The notes under the pieces were generated by a model. The model made no database searches and was not told the origin of the DNA. It saw nothing but the letters and a program-made list of their open reading frames with translations. From Macrostomum lignano (taxonomy: Eukaryota), in the NCBI GenBank assembly GCA_002269645.1, contig NIVC01002130.1, positions 1 through 64,000 of the forward strand: a stretch of DNA of 64,000 nucleotides. The letters run 5' to 3'. The first letter of the stretch is position 1, and each line of letters begins with the position of its first letter. Made by a program: the position numbers and the translations under genes. Positions 35,505 to 49,769 of the stretch are shown here, in pieces.

Positions 35505-36112
35505 GGAGTAATCCCAGCTTTCTGAAGTGAGTAATCCCAGCTTGCTGAAGTGAGTAATCCCCACTTGCTGAAGTAAGTAATCCCCGCTTGATGAAGAGAG
35601 AGTAATGTCAGCTTGATGAAGTGAGTAATGTCAGCTTGGTGAAGTGAGTAATCCCAGCTTGATGAAGTGAGTAATCCCAGCTTGATGAAGTGAGTAATCC
35701 CAGCTTGATGGAGTGAGTAATCCCAGCTTGATGAAGTGAGTAATCCCAGCTTGATGGAGTGAGTAATCCCAGCTTGATGGAGTGAGTAATCCCAGCTTGA
35801 TGAAGAAAGCAGTCCCAGCTTGATGAAGTGAGTAATCCCAGCTTGATGAAGTGAGTAATCCCAGCTTGATGAAGTGAGTAATCCCAGCTTGATGAAGTGA
35901 GTAATCCCAGCTTGATGAAGTGAGTAATCCCAGCTTGATGAAGTGAGTAATCCCAGCTTGATGAAGTGAGTAATCCCAGCTTGATGAAGTGAGTAATCCC
36001 AGCTTGATGAAGTGAGTAATCCCAGCTTGATGAAGTGAGTAATCCCAGCTTGATGAAGTGAGTAATCCCAGCTTGATGGAGTGAGTAATCCCAGCTTGAT
36101 GGAGTGAGTAAT
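35505..36112. repeat. 23-bp minisatellite (GATGAAGTGAGTAATCCCAGCTT)n
   Basis: Direct. Confidence 0.96.
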
Positions 36113-36584
36113 TAATATCTGCAGAACAAAGAGCAGAAGTCCTGATCAAATCAGCTTGGTATCGGATTTCAACCTACTTTGCTCAGTGATATGATTTCCG
36201 AACCCCAACCCTAACAACCGGAATTATCCGAATGAACAATAAGCAAATGAAGAGGTCTAACAGCCATGACTCCAATCCTGAGATATGGATTAAACAAACT
36301 GAAAACGAATGGGCAGAGCTTGTCAATCTGGCAGCTTAGCATTCCAACAGGTGCCAGAATACGCAGAGGGGCTGTCCAGAAATCAATAATCTACATTTTC
36401 AATAATTTCAGCGTTCTAAGAGTGCCAAAAGTACAAGTAGAGCCAAGGTTTGAATGTAATCGAATTTACTTTGTTTACAGTCTAAAGACATGCGTATCAG
36501 ACGTTTTATGCAGAGATTTGGCTAAACACGTTTACTTATATTAAGTATAGACTGGCACCATAGGTAACCCAGACAAGAAAGAAG

Positions 36585-37690
36585 AGAGATGAGATTAGAT
36601 GGAAGAGACGAGAGAGAAGAGAGATGAGATTTGATGGAAGAGACGAGAGAGAAGAGAGATGAGATTTGATGGAAGACACAAGGGAGAAGAGAGATTAGAT
36701 TAGATGGAAGAGACGAGAGAGAAGAGAGATTCGATTAGATGGAAGACACAAGGGAGAAGAGAGATGAGATTAGATGGAAGAGACGAGAGAGAAGAGAGAT
36801 TCGATCAGATGGAAGACACAAGGGAGAAGAGAGATCAGATGAAATGGAAGAGACGAGGGAGAAGAGAGATCAGATGAAATGGAAGAGACAAGGGAGAAGA
36901 GAGATTAGATTAGATGGAAGAGACGAGAGAGAAGAGAGATTCGATTAGATGGAAGACACAAGGGAGAAGAGAGATCAGATGAAATGGAAGAGACAAGGGA
37001 GAAGAGAGATTAGATTAGATGGAAGAGACGAGAGAGAAGAGAGATTCGATCAGATGGAAGACACAAGGGAGAAGAGAGATCAGATGAAATGGAAGACACA
37101 AGGGAGAAGAGAGATCAGATGAAATGGAAGAGACGAGGGAGAAGAGAGATCAGATGAAATGGAAGAGACAAGGGAGAAGAGAGATTAGATTAGATGGAAG
37201 AGACGAGAGAGAAGAGAGATTCGATTAGATGGAAGACACAAGGGAGAAGAGAGATCAGATGAAATGGAAGAGACAAGGGAGAAGAGAGATTAGATTAGAT
37301 GGAAGAGACGAGAGAGAAGAGAGATTCGATTAGATGGAAGACACAAGGGAGAAGAGAGATCAGATGAAATGAAAGAGACAAGGGAGAAGAGAGATTAGAT
37401 TAGATGGAAGAGACGAGAGAGAAGAGAGATTCGATTAGATGGAAGACACAAGGGAGAAGAGAGATCAGATGAAATGGAAGAGACGAGGGAGAAGAGAGAT
37501 GAGATGAAATGGAAGAGACGAGGGAGAAGAGAGATTAGATTAGATGGAAGACACAAAGGAGAAGAGAGATCAGATGAAATGGAAGAGACAAGGGAGAAAA
37601 GAGATTATATCAGATGGAAGAGACGAGGGAGAAGAGAGATGAGATTAGAGGGACGAGATAGAGGTAGAATAAAGCGGGGATTAGATGGGG
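36585..37690. repeat. 35-bp purine-rich minisatellite
   Basis: (ATGGAAGAGACAAGGGAGAAGAGAGATTAGATTAG)n and variants. Confidence 0.95.
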
Positions 37691-38151
37691 AGGCTCACGG
37701 TGAATAAAGAGCAGAATAGCTGGCGCAGCCGGGCCAAAGTCGGTTCGGTTCAGCAGGTGCCCCCTCCCCAGCCCCCCAGCCCGAACACGCAAAAGTCGGG
37801 AGCAGCAAAAAGAGCAACAGCAGAGACAAGTTGCCGATCTCGTCCAAGCAATTCGATACAGAGAGAAGACGGCAAGGCGCAGCGCCGAGTGTGACCGCTA
37901 GCCTTTGTCCCTTCCCGCTGGCCTGCCTAACCGACCGAGCGGCTCTTCAGAACTCGAAATCAAACTGAGACCGCGGAGGAACCGCCTCATCGCCCTGAGG
38001 GACTATTTAAGCTTATTTAGGCTTATGAATAAGCTGCTGAGGTCATAAGCATACTTGTGGCCGAAATAGAAATCCCTGCGCTGTCTGTTTTAATGCAGTG
38101 CCAGATACGATAATAGAGCCGCGATTCTCTACTACAAGTAGTCTAGTGCAA

Positions 38152-38152
38152 G

Positions 38153-38236
<84 letters not shown>
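38152..38236. repeat. (TATC)n microsatellite
   Basis: Direct. Confidence 0.97.
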
Positions 38237-38959
38237 CCTGCACGCCGGACAGCCCCTCTAAGAGCCGGCGCGCCCAGCAAACCCAATTAGGGTGCCTCAA
38301 TGCATCTCTCTGTCTCAAGTTCTTGCCAAAAATCCTCAAGACTACCCGGGTGGTTGAGTGGCCAATGGTGTGATCGAGTTAGCAGGCTTAAGGCTCGCCA
38401 TAATTTCATTACAGCAGCATAAATATCCCGCAGTATAAAATGAATTAATTCTGGCCATATGGCTCAGCTTCTCCAGCCTCTCTCTCACGATCTCAACCAG
38501 TTCCAAAGGCGCTCCGAGTCTACGCCCACGACCAAGATTCGTTCTTCTGCTTTAAATTATCTCAGGCGAAGAAAATCCCAACCTCATCACCATGGCAACC
38601 GGACTGGCCAGGATTTAATCGGGCGGAAATCGAGACCACCCCCCCCCCGCGAAGTCGCTATGGGAAAAATGGGATATAAAGAAAATAGAGTGGAGAAGAG
38701 CGGAAAGGATCCGGACCCCACGGCCTGCGCGCATCCTGACCGCCTGTGGGACTGATTGGACTTCTGCCGCCACCCCCTAAACACAATTATATGGCCTGCC
38801 AGCCCGCATTCACCTTCCTTCTCTTGCTCCTGTTCCTCAAGCTTCGGCCTTCATCAAATTATTCTCTCGCCTTTTGCCGAACTTCTCCTTTCAGCCTTCT
38901 CTTCAGCCTCTCCTCCTTTCGTCTAAATTTCTTCATATGATTTTCCCCTTTATAATTTC

Positions 38960-39170
38960 ACTCCCTTCATCATTTCAATCCCTTCATCATTTCACTCCCT
39001 TCATCATTTCACTCCCTTCATCATTTCACTCCCTTCATCATTTCACTCCCTTCATCATTTCACTCCCTTCATCAATTCGCTCCCTTCATCAATTCGCTCC
39101 CTTCATCTTTTCGCTCCCTTTATTATTTCACTCTCCTTATCAGTTCATCCCCTTCATCCTTTCTCCATTT
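38960..39170. repeat. 17-bp minisatellite (CACTCCCTTCATCATTT)n
   Basis: Direct. Confidence 0.92.
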
Positions 39171-39519
39171 AAATCCACAATAAATCAAAAAGTAAAATAC
39201 GCCTCATGCATCGGCGAGAGGATTTAGGGAATAATAGGCTCCGAGGCTTAGGTTTCCATTAATAGCAGCGAGTGACGTTGCTTCTGCCAATTTAATTCAT
39301 CGGATTTATCTTTGAGCCGCAGCGAGTGGCGGCACCGACTCCTTGAAAGATATAAAGCGTCTGGTTATTAAAAGTCCTTTCTCTGTGCTTTCATATTTTT
39401 TAATTATGGCTGTCATTAAAGTCAGGTGCATATTCGTGACTTGCGAACCGAAGTGATTGTTTCATTTGAATAGAATGTCGCAAACAATAATCAAAGATTG
39501 TGTATGGTAAAAAAGGAGG

Positions 39520-40260
39520 AATGTACAAGTGAGAATAGACATGCAAGTAGAGAGACTGGAGAGTCAAGGGAGAGTAAACATTGGAGTAGATAGAAGTTAG
39601 AGAGACAAGTGAAAATAGACATGGGAGTAGAGAGATTAGAGGCAAGTGAGAATAGGTATGGGAGTAATAAGAGATTAGAGCGACAAGTGAGAATAGACAT
39701 GAGAGTACTGAGAGATTAGAGAGTCAAGTGAGAATAGACATTAGAGTAGAGAAAAATTAGAGACAAGCGAGAATAGACATAGGAGTAGTGAGAGATTAGA
39801 GAGACTAGTGAGAATAGACATGGGAGTAGAGAGATTACGGAGACTAGTGAGAAGAGATATTGGAGTAGTGAGAGATTAGAGAGAGACTAGTGAGAATAGA
39901 CATGGGAGTAGAGAGATTACAGAGACTAGTGAGAAGAGATATTGGAGTAGTGAGAGATTATAGAGTCAAGTGAGAATTGACATGGGAGTAGAGAGATTAC
40001 AGAGACTAGTGAGAAGAGATATTGGAGTAGTGAGAGATTATAGAGTCAAGTGAGAATAGACATGGGAGTAGAGAGACCGGAGAGTCAAGTGAGAATAGAC
40101 ATGGGAGTAGAGAAAAATTAGAGAGACAAGCGAGAATAGACATTGGAGTAGTGAGAGATTAGAGAGACTAGTGAGAATAGACATGGGAGTAGAGAGATTA
40201 CAGAGACTAGTGAGAATAGACATCGGAGTAGTGAGAGTTAGAGAGACTGGTGAGAATGAG
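39520..40260. repeat. ~39-41-bp purine-rich minisatellite (GTGAGAATAGACATGGGAGTAGAGAGATTACAGAGACTA)n
   Basis: Direct, divergent copies. Confidence 0.9.
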
Positions 40261-43200
40261 ATAGTTTTGATAAGAATGAGAGGTAAGGCAGAAGGTTCGA
40301 CCCCTACAGTTAGAGGCTGCATAATTACTGCTCGCGAGTTGTCGTACAGAAGCCCCAAGAAAACTAATTAAGCACTCATAACAAACTATTTATTGACATT
40401 GTCAAGCATTAGCCGACTAAATAAACTGAAAATTACCGATGGATTTATCGGGCTTAATGCTTGGGTAATAAAAGGTAATTGTATGCGAGCGGGTGGGAAT
40501 TGCAGTGCAGTATTGCCGTCAGTTCCATGCAATAAAAGCTCTCACCCACTGCCACTCACAGTTCGTTTCCTTCACAAGATCAAGTCTGGCATCTAAGAGG
40601 AGTTCACCATGCCATTGCCAGTGCCTGCTCTGGCGATCTCTGTGACGGAAGCAGCAGAGCAGAGCAAGGCTAAGTCTGTGTTTTTTGAGTGGCAGTTTCT
40701 CTGCTCTCCCACTGTTTCAATATGCGTCATAGTCAGTAAATCAATATCGCTGCCCAGCCTGGCAACGCAGACTTTGCCTGCCCCCTGGCACACCGGATGG
40801 CGGTGAGAAGAAGAAGAAGAGGATATTGCAGACTTTGCGCAATGGGTTAGAAGATTTATTCCACTCCAAAATATTGTCCTGCTCTGTCCGAACGCGTAAG
40901 CTGTACGAGTTGCTATAGGCGTGGAGCTCAAATACAAATCACCTTTAATTTAAGCGTTTTCCGCCGCTGAAAGACTCATGCTTTTGACTGAGTCTTGATT
41001 TGGCTTTGGCTGCCTGAAAGCATTCTGGACATGCAACCCGAAAACTCCGTTGAAAACTCGAATTTTCCATGCAGAAACAGCAAAGCTTTCTGCTTGAATT
41101 AGCAATTGCCCATCTCTTCCTGCCACTCTGGACCAGAGCACCATTCGCTCCCTCATCATTCTGTCCCGCGCTGGCTTATATTTTATCTGGGGCACGAATC
41201 CGCTCCCTCTTCGCTTTTTCCTCGGGTGCTTTTCCTGCCTGTTTATCAGCTGGCCTGCCAGTTCGCGTTAATACAGGCAGACTATCATTCAGTTAGGCAA
41301 AGGGACTTGGACTAACGAGTGCTCAGCGCGGGGATGCAGAGGCTTACTGTGAGTAAGAACTCGGTACAAAGCTTAAGAACAGAGCCGAAATCCTTTGAAT
41401 AAACCACCTGATTCTATATCCGACTGGGACTTTAAGGAAAAGACGAAAATTGGGATATTTTTTTGAGAAATAAAACATCGAATTCAAAGGCTCTTCTTTG
41501 ACCGAGAGCCGTTAATTTTTACAAGAATTAGCAACATTTAATAGATAGTTGATGCTGCATGGAGGCTGCTATATAAAAATGGCATACACTCCGATAAATC
41601 CCTATGTAGGTTAAGAAATTGAAATCAGTAGTATAGCCAAATGTTGAATAATATTAAATTCACGGAAATTGAAGGGAAATTAAAGCAAATAAAGTTCGCT
41701 TATAGAATTACTCATTAGAGCCGGACGAGATGCTGGAAATTCCCACTAAGAAGTCGGACAATGAGAGGAGAAAGGAAGAAAGAAGAAGGAAAAGAGAGCT
41801 GGAGCACTATCCATCAGTGAGCACTCGAACCAGTCGCTGTGTTCCGGGGAAGCCTATCGCGTTTAGGAGGACGTGGACTAAAATTCAGGCCAAAGTGGGA
41901 GGGAAAGCTACGGGAAAAAGGGGCCGCTTCGAGATGCGGGATGAAAAAATGCCGACCCGCGGTAGTCTGAGCGGGAAGGTAAAATGACAGGAAATTTGGC
42001 CGGGTGTGTGGGTGGATGGAAACAAGCTATTATCGGGGACGAAAGGAATGGGGATGTCTGAGTAGATGTGCCTAACTTCGCACCTAGCTAGTATATGAGA
42101 GCTCAATAGAGATTTGTATTTTTACTTAATTAACAAGTTCTATACCGCCTTGTAACCGGGTCATGAGATCCTATATTTATCTGAGAGCTGTTTTAAAAGG
42201 AAAATCAATAAAAAACAAAAAGCCTAAAAATAACCAAAGTGCAGGTTGAACTCCAAAAGGCTCAACAAAACAGTAAACAAGCCCAATATTACAAATTTCG
42301 GAAGTCACATTCGCTTCTATAACGAATATTATGATGTTTATTGTAGGTGAACATTCGCATAAATAATACCACCGGCTGGCAGCTGATGGATTTCCCGACT
42401 AAGGCTTATAGCATGTAATAAAAACAGTAATCTTCAGGGTCTATAGTAGGGCCTAGAAGTGAATAACGCTGCCTGCGCAATAACCAATAAAATCCGCTTC
42501 AATATATGCAAGACCATGCCCAATAAAATGCAACCCAATAGCTGATCAACTGCGCGCCATGAGACCTGCTTTGACGTCACACTCGCCTGCAATATTTAGT
42601 GAGCAAGCGGCCCGGGCGTCTCTCGCTGTCTGGCTCTCTGTCTTTCTCGCTCTGCCCTACCTAACTACCCCACCATTGCATTTCCATTTCATTCCGGGGG
42701 ATTATTAGAATGGGAATCGGCTTGCGGGGTTGAAGGGGAGAACAGGAGGAGGAGTCCGGCGGTCGCATAGCAAAATCCCTGTCTTTGAAGGTCGCAGAGT
42801 TGCACGGGGGTTGGAGGGCTGAAAGGCCGAAAGGGTGAGGGGCGCTGGGGGAGAGTTGCTTATTCAACTTCTTAGCCTCTCTGTCTATATCTGTCTAGTT
42901 TTGGTGGGAATTGGCACGGACTATTGGAACTAGAGGCACAGCCACTCGCTCTCAATTGGTTGCTGGGGCTGGCCCCCACCCCCACCTCCCCACCAACCTC
43001 ATGGCTACCAGCGGACACTGAGCTCAACTCTCCTCCCTCTTCTCTACCACCCACCTCTCGCTCACTCATTCTCTTCTCAGTCAAATTATAGCTCTTTCCC
43101 TCAAAAAACCCAAGCCTCCCAGCAAAGCCGCTTGCCTTCCCCATCCAAATGTGCAGTTCCCGCCAAATCCTGGCCTGAATTCAGTTTTGATCGGTTGATT

Positions 43201-43304
43201 TTGCCTGTTCGTTGGAGCTTGTAACTTATACCTACCTCGCTTGAGAAGCAACCAGTTTCATGTAAGTAAAAGTTATGATGTAATTTTATGATCTGTTGAT
43301 CACC

Positions 43305-43720
43305 CGTCACTGAGACCTACTCCTGAAACCAGTCACTGAGACCTACTTCTGAAGCCCGTCACTGAGACCTACTTCTGAAGCCCGTCACTGACACCTACTT
43401 CTGAAACCAGTCACTGAGACCTACTTCTGAAGCCCGTCACTGACACCTACTTCTGAAACCAGTCACTGAGACCTACTTCTGAAGCCCGTCACTGACACCT
43501 ACTTCTGAAACCAGTCACTGAGACCTACTTCTGAAGCCCGTCACTGAGACCTACTTCTGAAACCAGTCACTGAGACCTACTTCTGAAGCCCGTCACTGAC
43601 ACCTACTCCTGAAACCTGTCACTGACACCTACTTCTGAAACAAGTCACTGAAACCTACTTCTGAAATCAGTCACCGAGACCTACTTCTGAAACAAGTCAC
43701 TTGGACCTACTTCTGAGACT
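43305..43720. repeat. 26-bp minisatellite (GTCACTGAGACCTACTTCTGAAGCCC)n
   Basis: Direct. Confidence 0.95.
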
Positions 43721-45057
43721 TTTCTTGAACCTGTGTTCAAGACCTGTTATTGAATAGCTTAAGCCTATTGATCTAGCTAATGCTAGCTTTACTTCTAGTT
43801 TATACCAATCTAAATAGCCGCATTGCGAGTAATGCACAAAGCTTATCAGTCCAAAAAATATTGACAGATCCAAATACTCGCAAAGATTGCGTTGATAAAT
43901 ACGGCAAATTGCCTATAGCAAATACAGCATTCAAGCGAACCCCCCCCCCCCCTATCCAACTTGAGCGAATTGACAAGACGATATAAGCCTATGAATTGAG
44001 TATTGCGTAGTTACACTGCCTAGGTCGGATATGTTTCGGCCAACGGCAGCAAACTAAAGCAAATCTAACTAAAAATCTTTTATTCGCATCATCTTTTCTG
44101 GCACAATAGTTAGTTAAAGCATGCGGTTCAGTCCAGGCCACTCGGATCTATTGAGTTTGGCGCTTACGCGAGTTAAATGAGTAACACGCGTTAGAATAGC
44201 AGTGGCCCGAGAGTGTCGCTGTAAAGCTGCAAGGTGGGACCACATGCGCACAGAGGCCAGATAGATACATCTTGAGAGAGTAGCTATACTAATTTTGCTT
44301 CATCTTGCTCATCTTTTGTTGCTAGCATCAGTTCCAGAAGAAAAAAACCAAACGCAGTAAGAAGAGTGACGCATTTTTTTCTGAGCTCGCGCCATTGCTG
44401 CCACTTTTTTGCGCATTTTGCTTCGCTGCTCAACAGAATGAATCAAATTGAGTCTGTCTCTTATTAGAGAGCGAGAGACGGAATGATGATAGGAGAACAG
44501 AAACCTAACCGTTTCCGAGGCCCTCCGAGCCCCTCAGGGGACAAAAGGCAGCAAAAAGCAATGTCGAAAAAACCACACTGGGAGAGAGTGCGTGAGCAGC
44601 TGACAGACTTGTGAAAAAATGCTGCATTTAAGCTGCAGATTGGCTACAGTGCGGAGAGCAGTAGATGTAGAAAAATAGGATGGTAGGTCCTGATACCCAG
44701 CGCGTAGACCGTCTCATGGGAGGGCTTTGAGTTAGAAATGCAATTAGGCAAATCTTTGCAACCTGGAATCGGTTTCTTGTGACTAAGCCGACCCGCGGCT
44801 TGGCTGGTATGTTTAAAGCAATCTTTTGCCTTTTAATTTCGATGGAAATACGATTCAGAATACGCTCGTATCTTCCAGGGCTCAGTGGCTGCCGTTGAGG
44901 TCCCTGAGTTGAAACGGGAAACAGATCCGAGGGCCAAATTGAGGTGACGGCAGATTCCTAGAAATTAATGAGAATTCCTCCGCCTCAGCCAGGAATTTCA
45001 AGGCTCTCTATAGTGCAAACTGCTGATTTTTGCATGTAGGTATGAAGGACATGCATG

Positions 45058-45702
<645 letters not shown>

Positions 45703-45917
45703 GCCCGGGAGGACATAGAATAACAACAGTGAAAAAAGCGGCACTCCATTTTGCCGATGCAATTCCTGATTAATTTTTGCATACTAATATAGAAAGCAGT
45801 ACAACCCGGCCTCTTCAAGCAGCAGTTTGAAGCTGGAAGTGGTTCATTGTGATCATTTATTAGATGGATGATTCATAGTCCGTCTCCAATGTGTCTTCAT
45901 CTGCTTTTTTGTCTTTT

Positions 45918-45995
<78 letters not shown>

Positions 45996-46150
45996 AGTCT
46001 CTCTCAATCTCTCTCTCAGTCTCTCCCAATCTTTCTCTCAGTCTCTCTCAGTCTTTCTTAAACTCTCTCAGTCTCTCTCAGTCTCTCTCAATTCCATTTC
46101 TCTTAGTCTCCCAATCCGTCTGTCTTTCAATCTCGCTTTCTCTGTCTCTC
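45918..46150. repeat. (CT)n microsatellite with degenerate tail
   Basis: Direct. Confidence 0.93.
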
Positions 46151-46980
46151 AGTCTCGAATCTCTCTTAATTGCCTTCAGTTTCCAAGTCAATACGACCTC
46201 GCCTTCTGACAGGCTCGCACGCAGTGTGAAGTGGCTCCCGAATCGGGGCCCGCTTAAGCACTATTTCTGCTAATCCGACTCGCAGAGCCTGATTAAATTA
46301 GATTATTCGAATCCCTATAGATCCAGCCAGGCTATGGTCGAGAGGAGGAGTGCGAGGGAGAAAGCGAGAGAGCAGGAGGCACCCCATCTCAAGAGGCAGT
46401 GCTAAGAGCTGGCTAGAAAAAGCTGGGAAAGTGCATAGTGCAAGTAAATAAGCAGAGACCGTTGCTATCCGGAGAGACAGGCAGGCAGAGGCGGGTCTAA
46501 TGCGATTTTTAATCAGGAAAGCTGCTTCATCAGATGCAGCAAGATACATGCCTTCACTAGGACTCGGGAATGTAAGAGCTGGAGGCCGAAGATAAAAGGC
46601 TGAAGGCCACTTTATTCTCAACTTCCAGTGCGCTGTCAGATTTAATCTTTTTCTGACAGTCAACTGTACGCCGTTTAATGGTAGCCGGCTTATTTTCAAT
46701 TGTAAAAAATGCACTTTTTGCGGTGTATTAGCGGGGAATCGAGTTAATAAGGATAGGGGGCTGCAGCGTCGAACTACTAAAGTGTTCATTTTTCACAATA
46801 TTCAGCCAAGTTGTGCGCTGCTAACTTTTATCTCCACTAGTTAAGCAACAGCAAAACCTTCAAAACGTTCCAGCCGATTCGCAAAGTGACACGGGAGCTC
46901 CGCCTGCCCGGCCTCAGGGATATTTGGTGGTGGTGGAATGCTCCACCAGCTCATTAGTCAGTCAGCCTTCCAAACCAAAC

Positions 46981-48237
46981 ATGTCTTCTACTGCTAGACT
47001 CGACGATGGCTCGGCAGCGACAGAAACGACGGTCGTACCGAATGGCGAACTCGTTGGGTCTTCCGCTCCGGCGTCGGCGCTAACGAACGGCGAACATTCG
47101 CCCAACACAGGCCGGCCGCTACTCGGCTGCTGCGGCCGCCCGGCGTGTCCGGACCCGGCCAAGATTCGAACCTCGGACGCCGACTCTTTGGCCGTGCTAG
47201 AGCGTGTTCGGCGATTCGGCGCCAACAACGTCAGCTTAGACGAACGGGAAGCGCTGAGGAAGACCACCTTCTCAAACTGGGAGCACTCGGAGTACCAGCT
47301 GTTCCTCTATTTGCGCCAGATGTACATCGATCTGCGCTTTCCCGAACAGTTCAACTTTGACTTGGAGACTCTGGAAAACTTCCTCTACGATGTGTTCCGT
47401 CACTACAACCGAGTGCCGTTTCACAACTTCCATCACTGCTTCATGGTGGCGCAGATGTCCTACGCGCTCACCTGGATAAACAGCCTGTCGGAGATTTACT
47501 CCCCTCTGGAGCTGTTCTGCCTCCTCACCGCGGCCATCTGCCATGATCTGGACCATCCGGGTCTCTCCAATCACTACCAGCGCAAGGCAAAGACTGTCCT
47601 AGCGCTTCGCTACAGCGACGCGTCCCCGTTGGAGAATCACCATCTGGCTACGACATTCCGCATTCTCAGCAATCCCAGTTGCAACATCTTTCGCGGCCTG
47701 TCGCCCAGCGACTACCTGAAAGCCAGAGAAGCCGTTGTCCGCCTCATCCTGGCCACGGATATGAGCAGGCACCACGAAATTATCGAGGAATTTTCTGCTC
47801 TCAGCGGCCAGGTGGACTTTGGCAACGCCGGTCATCGTGAGCTGCTGCTCCGGCTGCTCATCAAAACCTCGGATGTCAGCAACGAGGCGCGGCCGTTCCC
47901 AACAGCTGACCGGTGGATCGACTGCCTGCTTGCCGAATTCTTCAACGAAGCCCGTCTAGAGCGCAGCATGGGCATTGAGCCGCTGCCCACCATGGACCCG
48001 GAAGTTGTACGGAAGCCGCAGAGCCAGTGCCACTTTATCAGCACAATCGCTCTGCCTCTGGCAACAATTTTAGCCGGAGTGTTCCCGCGCATTCGCGACT
48101 GTTACATCGGTCCGATTCAGAAACAGTTGGACTTTTATTCCTCGGTGGTTCGAGCCGAGACGCGGGACAGCAAGACGGCTGCAGAGAAGCTGAACAATGG
48201 TGATGAGGAAGCGACAACTCAGGAGACGACACTTTAA
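46981..48237 (+). CDS. PDE9: class I 3',5'-cyclic nucleotide phosphodiesterase, PDE9-like (likely cGMP-preferring), single exon, 418 aa from first ATG
   Basis: FHNFHH, CHDLDHPGLSN, PLENHH, ATDMSRH, SDVSNEARP, W.DCLL.EFF and Q..F are all present. The N-terminal half parallels PDE9A (EALRK.TF..W...MY.DL). The frame is open from 46825, so an upstream exon (cctcag|GGA at 46917) is possible. Confidence 0.92.
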   Translation: MSSTARLDDGSAATETTVVPNGELVGSSAPASALTNGEHSPNTGRPLLGCCGRPACPDPAKIRTSDADSLAVLERVRRFGANNVSLDEREALRKTTFSNWEHSEYQLFLYLRQMYIDLRFPEQFNFDLETLENFLYDVFRHYNRVPFHNFHHCFMVAQMSYALTWINSLSEIYSPLELFCLLTAAICHDLDHPGLSNHYQRKAKTVLALRYSDASPLENHHLATTFRILSNPSCNIFRGLSPSDYLKAREAVVRLILATDMSRHHEIIEEFSALSGQVDFGNAGHRELLLRLLIKTSDVSNEARPFPTADRWIDCLLAEFFNEARLERSMGIEPLPTMDPEVVRKPQSQCHFISTIALPLATILAGVFPRIRDCYIGPIQKQLDFYSSVVRAETRDSKTAAEKLNNGDEEATTQETTL

Positions 48238-49769
48238 AGTTGATTTCGAAATTGTTTGATCATAATTTGCAAACTAACGGCATCACTCACTTCCCGTTAT
48301 TCTGTAAACATTCTAGAAGTCAAGGGGCAGCTAGAAAGTGGCGAAACTTTTATTTTCTTTCGAATAGATAATTAATACCAAGCTACACTAAAAGGAACGC
48401 ATCTTCTTTGTCAAACTTTAGTCTAAATATACGATATAAGCATATTTTTAGTCAAAATAATGAAATATTTTCGCCGGTAAAATCAAGCTAGAGGACGTGA
48501 CCTTTTATTAATTTAAAATTCTAACATCGAACCGTCTCTGTATTTGCAAAACTGACTTAACCACTCTGCTGCTTTTCACTTTTTTTTTCTACTTGATCCC
48601 CACCCTTCGTTGTTTTATGCATACATGAGTAACAATTGCACATGAGCAATTTGCTGTGAAGAGTATGTTTGGCATAGCATATTAGCTTTATTGATTTTTT
48701 ACTTGCTGAATTTTCCGTTAACGCCGTCGTTTCTGTTAATTTAAAAGTCAGCAGTTTTTTGTTTTAAATCGTTCTATACTCATAAATATTTTTAGAGTAC
48801 ACGTAAGCTTTCAATTATGTATTATGAACTTACCGAAACATTTCCTACCTGTCTTCATTCCCAGCACTCTGCAGTTACTATGAGGTTGAGTTACATGTAT
48901 TTGTAATCTTTCAAAGTTCTGCGGTTTGGAATTACGGATTGATAAAATATATTTTCATGAATTAAAAATTGTTCTGATACATATTTTTGTTACAATAATA
49001 ACTCGCTAATCATACAAGTCGTAAAGTCTCAGAACACGTGCAACACGAGTGCGTGGACTTTTTTATGTGGCTGTAATTAAGAATACAATAAATTCAAATA
49101 CTGTAGGACTCAAATGTCAAACTAGACATTTAAAGCAATATAATAACAGCAGCTACGAAAATAGAGTATTTTATTTAATTAGAATATATAATAATGTATA
49201 AAAACGATTATAACTTTAAGGCAGCAATAAATCAATAAAGGAAACAATTGTCATAACATATTAAAGCATATAACAGCTTCTGCAAATTACGTATAGCAAA
49301 TTAATTTGATTATATAGCTTCCATCAGGGATATTAGTAGGACAACTAATGTAGCAGATACTTCGCTAAATCAATTACCATTAAAACTTCTCATCTCATTT
49401 CCTTCTACTCTTAGTAGGCAATTCGGGATTTTGCTTTATTTACGAGCTATTTATTCCGGGACTTGTTTTTGCCATTTTCAAGCATGCTGTACTTTTTGTG
49501 TGTCTCTGGAATCGGCTATGACTTCAAGAGCCCCTTCTAGTTGGAAACCCGGTTTTAAGAGAGCTCATGACTTGGTGAAGCTAGTCGCCCTGGTGGAGGT
49601 GGATTGGCTTAATCTCCGGATTAGCTGATTTCGTACCCTTTCAAATTCTTCCTGAATTGTCTCTCTCGCATCTTCTCTTGGCTAATTAGGACTTGTTGAC
49701 GTGTTTGCTACCTCGGGCTTATATGAGTAATAACTGAGACAGAGTTATTTATACATTTAATATAACAAT

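Noticed and set aside
26229-36112. CRISPR-like appearance of the 20-, 46- and 23-bp arrays
   Set aside because: No unique spacers, no cas genes, eukaryotic context.
37685-44900. Scattered short ORFs and promoter-like words (TGACGTCA, CCAAT near 42480-42580)
   Set aside because: No domain similarity or consistent exon chain.
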